From positions 1 to 64,000 of IMG/VR virus record IMGVR_UViG_3300034073_003542: DNA of 64,000 bases; one strand, 5' to 3'. Under the pieces are notes generated by a model that did not search any database, was not told the DNA's origin, and was given only the letters and a program-made list of their open reading frames with translations. Both the position numbers and the translations under genes were made by a program. Shown piece by piece: positions 49,211 through 58,200 of the stretch (position 1 is its first letter; every line of letters starts with the position of its first letter).

Positions 49211-49520
49211 ATTTTGAATACCATGAATCAACTAAATTTTGAAAAGAATCCTGTATATTTATTCCTAAGATCTCAAGGATTTTATTTTGAACATCATCCT
49301 GCGAATAATTCCCAATTTCATCATACTCATAATCTCTCCATAATACTATATGATCAGATAACATATTTGTAAAACGAACAATAACTATTTTTTTGCCTGG
49401 ATCGTCTATAGTAATATATGGTATATTGATGAATTTTTTTGTTTTGGAGGGTATAGGTGTTCCATTTGGAGCAATCACTGCTGGAAAATTAATTGTTATA
49501 GGTTCGCTGAATTGCAACAT
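49185..49520 (-). CDS. Small hypothetical protein
   Basis: AAAGGAA RBS, directly downstream of a sigma70-type promoter. Confidence 0.6.
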   Translation of the reverse strand: MLQFSEPITINFPAVIAPNGTPIPSKTKKFINIPYITIDDPGKKIVIVRFTNMLSDHIVLWRDYEYDEIGNYSQDDVQNKILEILGINIQDSFQNLVDSWYSKYEPINTSS

Positions 49521-49557
49521 AAAATTCCTTTCATTTGTGCTGGTGTTCCGTTGTCTT

Positions 49558-49586
49558 ATTATAGGTTATCTCACAGAGAGGTGCAA
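49558..49586 (-). promoter_or_regulatory. Sigma70-type promoter TTGCAC-N17-TATAAT facing the glycan cluster
   Basis: -35 at 49586-49581, -10 at 49563-49558, 17-nt spacer, intergenic. Confidence 0.7.
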
Positions 49587-49590
49587 GAAA

Positions 49591-50256
49591 ATGAAAGAGT
49601 GTGCTCTTATTTTAACGCGATCTAATAATAGTTATGTTGATTATTTGTCTAAAAATCTAGAATTAGATTCATATATAATATCTGATACAGATATAAGTGA
49701 TGAGAGTGCCATTAGTCGAAACTTTATTAATGCGACATCTAAAAAATTAAAGAACCCTAATAGTTGGGATAAAAGTTTTTTGTTTATCCAAGATAATAGT
49801 CTACTTAATAAGTACGACAATATTTGGTTTTTGGAAGATGATGTATATTCAAGAAATATAAAAATCATTAATTCCTTTATATCTAAAGTTTCTAAAGAAA
49901 ATTATGATTTATGTTACTATAAACATTGGTATTTTAATACAGCTCCAATTTGGGTTAAGGATACTATATTTCTGAAAGATTTTGTACAAAATGGATTCTA
50001 TCAATCATATAATCAATTTTCTAGACTATCCAATAGACTAGTAAATCAAATATTCAACATACATCAATCCTATAATTCTTTATTTTTTCACGAATATATG
50101 TTTCCTAATTTAGCTAGATATCAGGGATACAAAATATTACAATTTGTTGATCAAATCCAATATAGAAATTTTTTTGGAAAATTTTATTGTGGTAGATCAA
50201 TACCTAAACAAAATATCCAAACAGATAAAATATATCATCCTGTTAAGGACAGGTAG
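49591..50256 (+). CDS. Putative glycosyltransferase-like protein (lone + strand gene)
   Basis: GAGAGG RBS before ATG 49591; SWDK, WFLEDDV and FHEYMFP motifs. Confidence 0.55.
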   Translation: MKECALILTRSNNSYVDYLSKNLELDSYIISDTDISDESAISRNFINATSKKLKNPNSWDKSFLFIQDNSLLNKYDNIWFLEDDVYSRNIKIINSFISKVSKENYDLCYYKHWYFNTAPIWVKDTIFLKDFVQNGFYQSYNQFSRLSNRLVNQIFNIHQSYNSLFFHEYMFPNLARYQGYKILQFVDQIQYRNFFGKFYCGRSIPKQNIQTDKIYHPVKDR

Positions 50257-51070
50257 TTGGAGTGGCACTAAAAGAGATATTCCAGGTAGCTGTTGAATCA
50301 GAGCTATAGGCCAGAAGACACGATTCTCTATTGTCGCAGTCGCATTGTATAAGCGGGTCTATAGGTTCATCACAGTATGGGTAAGTAGCCTCCTGCCACT
50401 CATTATCAATAGAACTATCTCCAGACGAAGAATAAGAATTAGTATGATTACCATAAGTTATATTTGTAGATATCCCACAAGAAGTACTATACCCCGTCCC
50501 ACCAGGATAAGTTAAACCATCAGCACTACACGTAACACACAAACTACCAGTAAAATAAATGCCAATAGTCATGCAATATCCCATTCCGCCGTATTCTGTG
50601 CCACACTGAAAATCTCCATCACAAGTAGTTGGGGGGTTGCCAGCACCTATTGCTTCAACATTATTAGGATCCCAAAATATATTAGTAGAGCTAACAGGAG
50701 TACCGTCAATATCGTCAATGTTCCATGTTACAAATGTTTGATTGCCAGAAACCTCAAAGGTTCCAGAAAACGAACCCGCAGCCGCAAAAGTCTGAGTATC
50801 TGTCCCATCAGCATCAATACATTGATTTGGACAACCAGTAAGATAATCATTTACTGTCCAAGGAAATCCGTCGCACACAGTCCCAGTATATCCAGTCGCA
50901 CAACAAGGATCTGATCTATTAAATTCGTAATCTAGGCTCCATGTACAAGTAAAATCATAACATCCATCACTATAATTAGTGCATGGGTGATCGCAACAAC
51001 AATCTGTGCTAGTTGCTATCTTACCATCCCTGATAAGAATTTTTCCATTATGAATAATTATTGGAGACAT
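50243..51070 (-). CDS. Cys/Thr/Gly-rich acidic protein, possibly virion-associated
   Basis: N-terminal DCCCDHPC and many further Cys; composition like the tail-tip proteins. Confidence 0.5.
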   Translation of the reverse strand: MSPIIIHNGKILIRDGKIATSTDCCCDHPCTNYSDGCYDFTCTWSLDYEFNRSDPCCATGYTGTVCDGFPWTVNDYLTGCPNQCIDADGTDTQTFAAAGSFSGTFEVSGNQTFVTWNIDDIDGTPVSSTNIFWDPNNVEAIGAGNPPTTCDGDFQCGTEYGGMGYCMTIGIYFTGSLCVTCSADGLTYPGGTGYSTSCGISTNITYGNHTNSYSSSGDSSIDNEWQEATYPYCDEPIDPLIQCDCDNRESCLLAYSSDSTATWNISFSATPTTCP

Positions 51071-51409
51071 TTAATCTTTCTCTTCTGTTCCAGGAATATA
51101 TTTATGCCATCCCTTATTTTTGAGATAGTTCCCTTCTTTGTCTTTACGTTTAGGAAATAGGGTTCCATTCTTCTTATGTTGACCAAAAGCTAGAATAGCC
51201 CCACAACCAGGACTTTGACAACGTAATTCGTAGTAATCATTATCATCAACATTTCTTACTACAAATCTTATATGATCCTTATTACACATTCCACAATGTG
51301 TTTCACCAAATATTTCCTGGATAACAGCTAATTCCTTAAAAACCTCTTTTTGTCCGCTTCCTTCGAGTTCAAACTCCAATTTGTCAGCAATTTTATACTT
51401 CAATTTCAT
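51071..51409 (-). CDS. Zinc-ribbon protein
   Basis: CGMC and CQSPGC pairs; GAGG RBS before ATG 51409. Confidence 0.6.
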   Translation of the reverse strand: MKLKYKIADKLEFELEGSGQKEVFKELAVIQEIFGETHCGMCNKDHIRFVVRNVDDNDYYELRCQSPGCGAILAFGQHKKNGTLFPKRKDKEGNYLKNKGWHKYIPGTEEKD

Positions 51410-51464
51410 CGTACACCTCAACTTCTTGTGTTATTGCCAACCTTTGCGAAGCTTTACAAAAGCA

Positions 51465-52202
51465 TCACTTCCAATTGGCGTCATATCCAATTAGTTCGGC
51501 AGGAACATTATTGCTGGCTTGATACTCCGTCAAAACCTGTAATACTGAAACTGCGTCACTATGTTCAATATTATAAGCATTTGCCCTCTTAATTGCAAGT
51601 TGATCTAATAGCTTATTTATGTTGATGTCTAGTCTCTTAGCTAATACATCAATAAAATTCAATTGTGTATTATTTATCTTAGTTGCATTTGTGCCATCAA
51701 CATTATCTTCGATATGTTCCACAACTTCTTCTGCGGCAATAACCTTACGAAGACGCAAAGCTCTACGCAAAGCTCGACCCTCGGCACGAGTTTCAGCAAC
51801 GGCGACGGGATGATTTCGGTAAATCTTGTCACAATTGCCCCAATAAACGTCCGCAGAGCCTGTTACAGACCTAAATGCTGTGTCGGGGTCTGTGCAGTCC
51901 TTGAGTTTAAATGAGAGCGTATGAGTGACTGTCGCCCTCTTCTCGTTTTGCGGACAAGGACTTTGATCGACCTCAGAATCAGAAGCGACCAAATCACAAT
52001 TCATGACTACTTCAAAAATTCGACGCAATCCATCAGTTGTGGGATTTCCCTTGATTTTTTCATCATCCTCTAAGTGCGAAAGAACAAAATCTGTCCAACC
52101 AGTATCATGAATAGTTGGAGTTTTTTCTTCCACAAGAGTTCCTTCCGCCGTTACTTCAATAGCTTGACTTGTTTCAACATCTACCTTTTTTGGTCGTCCC
52201 AT
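51465..52202 (-). CDS. Putative single-strand annealing protein (Rad52/Sak-like)
   Basis: ATVT...VTGSAD...AVAETRAEGRALRRAL pattern; AGGAGA RBS; replication/recombination context. Confidence 0.55.
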   Translation of the reverse strand: MGRPKKVDVETSQAIEVTAEGTLVEEKTPTIHDTGWTDFVLSHLEDDEKIKGNPTTDGLRRIFEVVMNCDLVASDSEVDQSPCPQNEKRATVTHTLSFKLKDCTDPDTAFRSVTGSADVYWGNCDKIYRNHPVAVAETRAEGRALRRALRLRKVIAAEEVVEHIEDNVDGTNATKINNTQLNFIDVLAKRLDININKLLDQLAIKRANAYNIEHSDAVSVLQVLTEYQASNNVPAELIGYDANWK

Positions 52203-52226
52203 TTAATATCTCCTATTTCTTAGTTT

Positions 52227-52280
52227 GCGATACTTTGTTAAAGACTTATTATCGAACAAGAATCTTCAATAAAGTATCAC
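52227..52280 (-). promoter_or_regulatory. Long intergenic RNA hairpin (possible RNase III processing or stability element)
   Basis: Minus-strand GUGAUACUUUAUUGAAGAUU pairs with AGUCUUUAACAAAGUAUCGC using G-U pairs; no U-tract. Confidence 0.5.
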
Positions 52281-53065
52281 TCTCCTATTTTGATTAACTT
52301 ACCAGAATTTACAGTTCCTGCTTCTATTTCTACTAATTTAGCTTTAAGTTCCTGATACAATAACCATCCACGAGCCACACTAAAGTCCTTGCTCTGTACT
52401 AATCTAATAAGATACAAACCCTTTCCTAGCAAGAGGCCCGTTTTCTTATTATCATACTTTTGGTTCTTTTTTAACGCATCTTCTCCCCAAACAGGTTCAA
52501 AATGAGAAGGTCCGTCAACTTCTATTGCAACATTAAGTTTGGGTATAAAAATATCAATTTGAAGCTTAGTATTTAAGATACTTTGCTCTTTATGAAACTC
52601 CACTTTATATCCATCGCTAAGTAGTTTTGATAGAAGAAATTTTTCTAATTTACTACCTGTCTTACTAGCTTCTCGCACAGCTTGATGGGCGCTATTAAGA
52701 ATATTCTGTTTTTCGTCGTCACTCTTATTTTCCCAATTCTTACGAGCTTTATCTTGTCTTTGTTTTAGTTCTTTAGCAGAAAGATTGTCCCAATTTTCCA
52801 AAACTTTAGACCCAATCTTCTGCTTAACTTCTTCTGGTCTTTTAGTTCCTTTTGTTGGATGTTTGGCTTTTCCATTAGCTAGAGCGTTTTTTTGGGCCTG
52901 ACTTTTATCTCGTATTTTTACTCCTAGTCTTATTGCGTCCCTACGGATTTTGTTACCATAGCTACCATATTTTTCACCAATCGCAGCAAAACTAATCCCC
53001 TTGCCGTGATATTCTTTTTCGATAAGGTCTCTTTTTGCTTTGTCGTTTAGTTTGTCGTATTGCAT
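52277..53065 (-). CDS. Endonuclease with HTH/NUMOD3-like N-terminus and DUF559/Vsr-like nuclease domain (homing-endonuclease-like)
   Basis: KGTKRPEEVKQKIG; SKLE...IDIFIPKLNVAIEVDGPSHF...D..K. Confidence 0.7.
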   Translation of the reverse strand: MQYDKLNDKAKRDLIEKEYHGKGISFAAIGEKYGSYGNKIRRDAIRLGVKIRDKSQAQKNALANGKAKHPTKGTKRPEEVKQKIGSKVLENWDNLSAKELKQRQDKARKNWENKSDDEKQNILNSAHQAVREASKTGSKLEKFLLSKLLSDGYKVEFHKEQSILNTKLQIDIFIPKLNVAIEVDGPSHFEPVWGEDALKKNQKYDNKKTGLLLGKGLYLIRLVQSKDFSVARGWLLYQELKAKLVEIEAGTVNSGKLIKIGE

Positions 53066-53391
53066 AATTCTATAATCCTTATGTGTTTTAGGTCGTTTAG
53101 TTCAAGTTGTTGTGATAAAACTTCTTGTGCTGTTGTAGCTACATATACTGTATTTGATGGAGCTATATCTTTATTTAAGAGAAAATCTTCTAGGTTCATA
53201 AAAACCAAATCTGTTTTAGTAAATCCCATATAAAAAGAGCTAATCTTAGCAAAGTCTTTAACCCATATATCTTTGTCTGATACAACAAAAATGTCGTTAT
53301 AGTTTTGTTGTTTTATTTGTGGGCAGTTTCTAATTTGTTCGACAAACGATAGTTGTTCTTGACTATCGACAAAAATAGCTAGTGAATTCAT
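53047..53391 (-). CDS. Hypothetical protein
   Basis: Tightly packed ORF in the minus-strand operon. Confidence 0.55.
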   Translation of the reverse strand: MNSLAIFVDSQEQLSFVEQIRNCPQIKQQNYNDIFVVSDKDIWVKDFAKISSFYMGFTKTDLVFMNLEDFLLNKDIAPSNTVYVATTAQEVLSQQLELNDLKHIRIIELCNTTN

Positions 53392-53393
53392 TA

Positions 53394-54005
53394 TTATTCT
53401 TTAATGTTGTGTGTTTTTATTATAGAATCTTGTTCTATGATCTTATTTAAGATTTCAAACAAAAAACAGTTTTTGTTACTGTCAACCCCTATTAACTTTT
53501 GCAGCTTTAGTGAGTCGTCCTTATTAATATAGTAAATATCCGATATATAGTTCTGCAAGCCAAAGCTTATATTAGAAACAATTTTATTATTCACCACACA
53601 ACCAATACTTGTTTCTTTATTTGTAACAAAGACCTGTGAATAGATTTTGTCTAAACTATCGAAAGTCACCATAGATGGTGTTATATATCCAGATACTATA
53701 ATACATGAATCATTTAGATATTCTTTAGCTATATTTAAGCTTTGTACATCATTGAATCGTTCATAATCTGTATTTTTTAGTACGACTATTTTTTTGTCTT
53801 GATAGTTTTTTTTAATGAAATGTCGCAATCTCTTACAATCATATCCAGCAACATATATGATTTCGCAATTTGGAAACTTCTGATTGAAAACATGGTACTG
53901 TTTATCAAATATTGTAGATCTGTCTCCATTAGCTCTGATTAAACCAGGACAACCCTTAGACTTTAATCCTTTTTTAAATCTATCTCCAAGTATTATGATG
54001 CGCAT
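53394..54005 (-). CDS. Sugar/choline-phosphate nucleotidyltransferase-like protein (LicC/MobA-like, degenerate)
   Basis: Start at MRIIILG (54005, 2 nt after the upstream stop); IIYVAGY, NTDYERFNDVQSL, CIIVSG. The canonical G-x-G-x-R motif is not intact. Confidence 0.55.
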   Translation of the reverse strand: MRIIILGDRFKKGLKSKGCPGLIRANGDRSTIFDKQYHVFNQKFPNCEIIYVAGYDCKRLRHFIKKNYQDKKIVVLKNTDYERFNDVQSLNIAKEYLNDSCIIVSGYITPSMVTFDSLDKIYSQVFVTNKETSIGCVVNNKIVSNISFGLQNYISDIYYINKDDSLKLQKLIGVDSNKNCFLFEILNKIIEQDSIIKTHNIKE

Positions 54006-54007
54006 AT

Positions 54008-54784
54008 TTATTCGACTATTGTTTGCAGTTGTTCGTCTGTAAAAACGTCTCTTTTGTCGATCATTAAACAATATCTATAGTTTGGAGCACTAAATAATAA
54101 GCTTGATTTGTCTTTATTGATATATGAAACAAAACTTGCTAGATCCTCGTATACAGTTTTATTTGCTGTGTGAACTAAGTTCTCAAAGTCTCCAAACCTA
54201 TTAACAGATAAAACAAATCTATATTTTTTATTGACATTAATGACTTCATGTAAAACATTATAGTATGGTGAGTCAACAACCATTGTTTTTACTTCCCATA
54301 AATTTTTATAGTTACTATCTTTGATTATTTTTTCGATATTGAAATAGCTATGACGTTGATCTTTATCTTGATATCTTACAAAGATAAGTTTTTGCGGTTG
54401 AATTGATAGATTCTTTATCTTATCTCCAATTTGTGTTAATTCATCAGAAGACATATCTTTTAGATTAATAACCATAAGATATTGAATAAAATTTGTTTGG
54501 TGGAATGTATTAATTTTTTCTTCTATTGTAGAATCTTCTGGAAAAAATGAATTTTCACGATATCCCAAACATTTCTTTTTATTAATAATGAAGAATTCTA
54601 GTTCATCGTCATAAGCTTCTAATATATCAACATTATGATTTTTATATTTATCGATATAGTTTAAATGGCATCCTTTTTGTGTGCGATCTTCATATATAGC
54701 AAATGCGCACTTTTTACATGGAGTATGTATTTTATCTATTGTTGGTAAAATAGGTTCTTCTATTTTTTGTTCGGTGTTTGACAT
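54008..54784 (-). CDS. Hypothetical protein with N-terminal Cys cluster
   Basis: CKKC...C...C; coupled to the GT4 gene. Confidence 0.55.
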   Translation of the reverse strand: MSNTEQKIEEPILPTIDKIHTPCKKCAFAIYEDRTQKGCHLNYIDKYKNHNVDILEAYDDELEFFIINKKKCLGYRENSFFPEDSTIEEKINTFHQTNFIQYLMVINLKDMSSDELTQIGDKIKNLSIQPQKLIFVRYQDKDQRHSYFNIEKIIKDSNYKNLWEVKTMVVDSPYYNVLHEVINVNKKYRFVLSVNRFGDFENLVHTANKTVYEDLASFVSYINKDKSSLLFSAPNYRYCLMIDKRDVFTDEQLQTIVE

Positions 54785-57627
54785 GTTAAATAATTCTCCG
54801 GTAATAAACGTTCTGGATGATGTCTAATTTCTTCGTGTAGAATTTTTTCATTCATTATTTGTTCTAGTATTTCAACCGCTTCTTTATAAGAAAAACCAGA
54901 AATCTTACCTCGTCTAGCAACAATTCTTTGTGACATATCTTTAATCAAACATTGTATATTTGAGGTTTTTAATAGAAAGGGGTCATTAATAACATTAACC
55001 ACTATATATTCTACAAATTCTCGCGGAGATAAGTTAGATGGTACTGAAATATTTTCGTGGTTTGTCTTAAATATAGTTGGATCATTCCATGCTACTTTTT
55101 TAGTAATATCTATTGTATCAAATACTTCATCCCAAACTTTGAATGTATGATCCCATGTATACATATCAATACATTTTTTTCTGGTTTCTTCCCCCAGTCT
55201 CCTACGTTCATTATGGTCTTTCTTGAAGAAATCATACAAAAACTGAGATGTAAAATCATTATCTGGATAAACTCTATCTGCGTTTGTTTCTAGTTCTCTA
55301 AATTTTTTCTGTATTGGAATAAGTGTTCCTCCAACATTCTCGCAAATTTCTGTCATGGCACTATAATCAACACTTGCTATAGGAACACCAGCACTAGCAG
55401 CTTCTAGTTGTGGCATACCGAACCCCTCGCACTGAAATGTTGCTCCTATTTTAGTAGTCATAGTATGGTCGTCTTCTACGGTAACGCACCAAACATCATC
55501 TTTATAGTTAGATTCTTGAATTCTTTTAATTTTTATTAAATGGTAATTCTGATAATAAACATTGTTAGTTCCGTTGCGTTTGGTTGAGAAATCACCTTTT
55601 TTAATATTACATCCATAAATTTCAAAACTATAACAATCTAATCTGTTTTTCTGGTCTGTTGTATTGTGTTCTACTCTATTGATTTTTGATACCGAAAATG
55701 GTATTCTTAGTCTTCTTAAGATGTGTTTTATTTGTTCTGCAAGTGTGATAGAGATTGTACTAATTTGAGAATAATTTTTTTCTTCACAATAGTGTCCATC
55801 ACCCATAAACATCCCTACTAAAATTTCTTTTTGTTTTTCTATAGGTAGATACAAACACCAATTTGGCAAACATTTATCTTCTTTGCTTCCAAACCAAGTA
55901 AAAAAAAGATTTCCATGTAGAGATGACCATAGAGAATTATCTTGAGCTAATCTATCTCTGTATGGTCTGATTGATTCTACGTTTGATATACTTAATTGTT
56001 TAAAGGCGTTCGATGCAACATAGTGGTTTTCTGTTTCTTTTATATGTGAAGTTATTTTTAGTCCTTTAGCTGTCGAATTTGCCGCATGTCCATCGGCAAC
56101 AAAAAGACCCATAAATCTACAAAAATCTTTATCTATATTAATATATCGTGGATAGGAATAACCACCAATAACCTCTATATAGTCTTCTTTAGTTATATAT
56201 GTATCATTGATTTCTTTGGCAATATCTATTTGTTCTATATCTTTAATCGTATCGTCTATTGGAAAACATAACATATCTCCTGATTTTAATTCATTTAACT
56301 CATATTTTCCTGGTTCCGGCAGTTTTTTTTCTTCTCTTAATTTGTCTCCAATTTTTTCTCTAACTGTTCTCGATTTGTCGTTTTTAATTTCTGTTTGCGT
56401 ATAAGCCGGAAATTCATGATTTTCTGTAGCTATTAATGTTTCGTAGTCTCCATGAATAGACAGTTCTAATATTTTTTTATTGTGACTTTTTGTTAGATTT
56501 TTCCATATGTTAGTAATTGGCTTCCATCTATTTTTATGGGTCCATGCTTCATCTCCAATTTTTGTTTTAGAAATAGGTATCCATAATATCTCGTTATTTC
56601 TTTTAATTCTAATTTCTTCATTTTTACCAAGACATATTGAATATTGTATATATACGTCAAATAGATTATAGACCTCATTCAGTTGTTCATTATTTAAGCC
56701 ATTAGATGTAGTTATAAAAGCTGCACTGTTACGAATACTACAATGAGGGCAATCAACTATTCCGCTACTATATTTATTTGCGCACCATTTAAGACACTTG
56801 TTACACTTATATGTAAAATATACTTTGTCTAATAACTGAAACTCTAGTAATAAAGCAGGAATATCCCAACCAGCTTCTTCTGGATATGATGTGTGAAAGT
56901 AAAGAACGGTATTATCTGCCATTGGATCATTTTCTGTTTTGAGTCTATCAAGATATTTACGAAATACCCGTAGAAGATCTGGCATAAGTTTTCGTTTTTG
57001 GTTTCTCATTACGAAACCCACAACATTAACATCACGACCAAAAGTTTTTATTTGATGTTCTTTTTTGTCGTTTATTGGATAAAATTCATTAGCGTTGATG
57101 CCAGCATTAACAATCTTAGGAAAAATATTTAACTTATCAGCTCCCTCGTTAGTTAAAGTATTTTTGGCCCATTGAGTATAGGGAACAACAATATCAGCAT
57201 TAGCATAAGTATAATACCATTCTGTTTTTTGTGGAGAGGAATCTACTGTCGGCATTATTACCCAATGAAAATGTCTACGATATGGACTCATTTCTTGATA
57301 AGAACTCATCCAATAATCTCTGACATCAAAAACTATATGGGGCTTAAAATCAAGAATAGCTCGATTAAATCTCCAGTTTCCAAATTCATTAATTTTTTGT
57401 GTCTGGTATAGTTTTATTTTTTGTTCATCTTTAAGAGACGGATTATTTGGATATATCTTCCAAACACACTCTTGTACCCTAGCATTATCTTCTGCACAAT
57501 AACATGCTAGTTCTGCAATCTCATACTTACCAGAATTGTGTAGTCTAGTTAGTAGTTCTTTGCCGTAAACCCCATAACCACTTGAAATATAGTGCGCATC
57601 GTTAACGATAAATAATTTTTTTTTCAT
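54760..57627 (-). CDS. GT4 (GT-B) glycosyltransferase with Zn-ribbon insert, interrupted by an intein
   Basis: SGYG, RNQKRK, CNKC/CPHC. Removing the intein restores FDVYIQYSI-CEGFGMPQLEA (E-x7-E); spliced product about 554 aa. Confidence 0.85.
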   Translation of the reverse strand: MKKKLFIVNDAHYISSGYGVYGKELLTRLHNSGKYEIAELACYCAEDNARVQECVWKIYPNNPSLKDEQKIKLYQTQKINEFGNWRFNRAILDFKPHIVFDVRDYWMSSYQEMSPYRRHFHWVIMPTVDSSPQKTEWYYTYANADIVVPYTQWAKNTLTNEGADKLNIFPKIVNAGINANEFYPINDKKEHQIKTFGRDVNVVGFVMRNQKRKLMPDLLRVFRKYLDRLKTENDPMADNTVLYFHTSYPEEAGWDIPALLLEFQLLDKVYFTYKCNKCLKWCANKYSSGIVDCPHCSIRNSAAFITTSNGLNNEQLNEVYNLFDVYIQYSICLGKNEEIRIKRNNEILWIPISKTKIGDEAWTHKNRWKPITNIWKNLTKSHNKKILELSIHGDYETLIATENHEFPAYTQTEIKNDKSRTVREKIGDKLREEKKLPEPGKYELNELKSGDMLCFPIDDTIKDIEQIDIAKEINDTYITKEDYIEVIGGYSYPRYINIDKDFCRFMGLFVADGHAANSTAKGLKITSHIKETENHYVASNAFKQLSISNVESIRPYRDRLAQDNSLWSSLHGNLFFTWFGSKEDKCLPNWCLYLPIEKQKEILVGMFMGDGHYCEEKNYSQISTISITLAEQIKHILRRLRIPFSVSKINRVEHNTTDQKNRLDCYSFEIYGCNIKKGDFSTKRNGTNNVYYQNYHLIKIKRIQESNYKDDVWCVTVEDDHTMTTKIGATFQCEGFGMPQLEAASAGVPIASVDYSAMTEICENVGGTLIPIQKKFRELETNADRVYPDNDFTSQFLYDFFKKDHNERRRLGEETRKKCIDMYTWDHTFKVWDEVFDTIDITKKVAWNDPTIFKTNHENISVPSNLSPREFVEYIVVNVINDPFLLKTSNIQCLIKDMSQRIVARRGKISGFSYKEAVEILEQIMNEKILHEEIRHHPERLLPENYLTCQTPNKK
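55432..56634 (-). mobile_element. Intein (401 aa) with LAGLIDADG homing endonuclease, Gln-terminated
   Basis: Block A CLGKNEEI, block B ATENHEF, LAGLIDADG motifs FMGLFVADG and LVGMFMGDG, block F VWCVTVEDDHTM, end GATFQ followed by +1 Cys. Confidence 0.9.
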
Positions 57628-57655
57628 TATCTTCAGAGTCTTTCTAGTTATTTAA

Positions 57656-57688
57656 GTAAAAGAAAAGCCCCTTTCGGGGCTATTCTCT
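57656..57688 (-). terminator. Rho-independent terminator after ssb
   Basis: Minus strand AGCCCC-GAAA-GGGGCT followed by TTTCTTTT. Confidence 0.85.
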
Positions 57689-57710
57689 TACTCACATTTG
57701 ACGCCGTTTA

Positions 57711-58130
57711 TTAGAACGGCATTTGATTTCCACCATCTTCTACAGATGATGCAGCAACAGCTTCTGCTGGCTCTGTTTGCTTACGCTTAGAGCGAATTAA
57801 CTTAGCAAAGTTGTTAATACGAACCTTATAACTACTATGCTTTACTCCATCCTTTTCCCAGTTGTCGTTCTTTAATTGTCCTTCTACCAAAACAGCTTCG
57901 CCCTTTTTAAAGTTCTCTGCAATGTTTTGTGCAGCAGTATCCCAGGCTTCACAACGAACAAACGTAGTTTCTTCGTCTTGTGTTCCATCGGCGCGAGTAA
58001 AGCGACGAGAAGTTGCGACAGTAACGGTAACAACAGCGGTCTGACTACCATTATTTCCATTGATATAGCGAACTTCTGGATCACGGACCAAATTACCACT
58101 CAACATAACTGTATTCATATCATTCTCCAA
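57711..58130 (-). CDS. ssb: Single-stranded DNA-binding protein
   Basis: NTVMLSGNLVRDPEVRY, FVRCEAW, KKGEAVLVEGQL, acidic tail ending in PF. Confidence 0.95.
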   Translation of the reverse strand: MENDMNTVMLSGNLVRDPEVRYINGNNGSQTAVVTVTVATSRRFTRADGTQDEETTFVRCEAWDTAAQNIAENFKKGEAVLVEGQLKNDNWEKDGVKHSSYKVRINNFAKLIRSKRKQTEPAEAVAASSVEDGGNQMPF

Positions 58131-58171
58131 TTCTCAAAAAAGTAAACTTACCTAAAACTGACCAACGTACT

Positions 58172-58200
58172 ATTATAACAGGTGGGGAGGTCTGTGTCAA
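58172..58200 (-). promoter_or_regulatory. Consensus sigma70 promoter TTGACA-N17-TATAAT (with extended -10 TG) for ssb
   Basis: -35 at 58200-58195 overlaps the dnaE-C stop; -10 at 58177-58172. Confidence 0.85.

Noticed and set aside
49393-49590. ORF-track N-terminal extension of the + strand GT-like gene (similarly 17328, 38315, 51421, 54071)
   Set aside because: Extensions overlap neighbouring genes or signals; downstream ATGs have an RBS or stop-start coupling.
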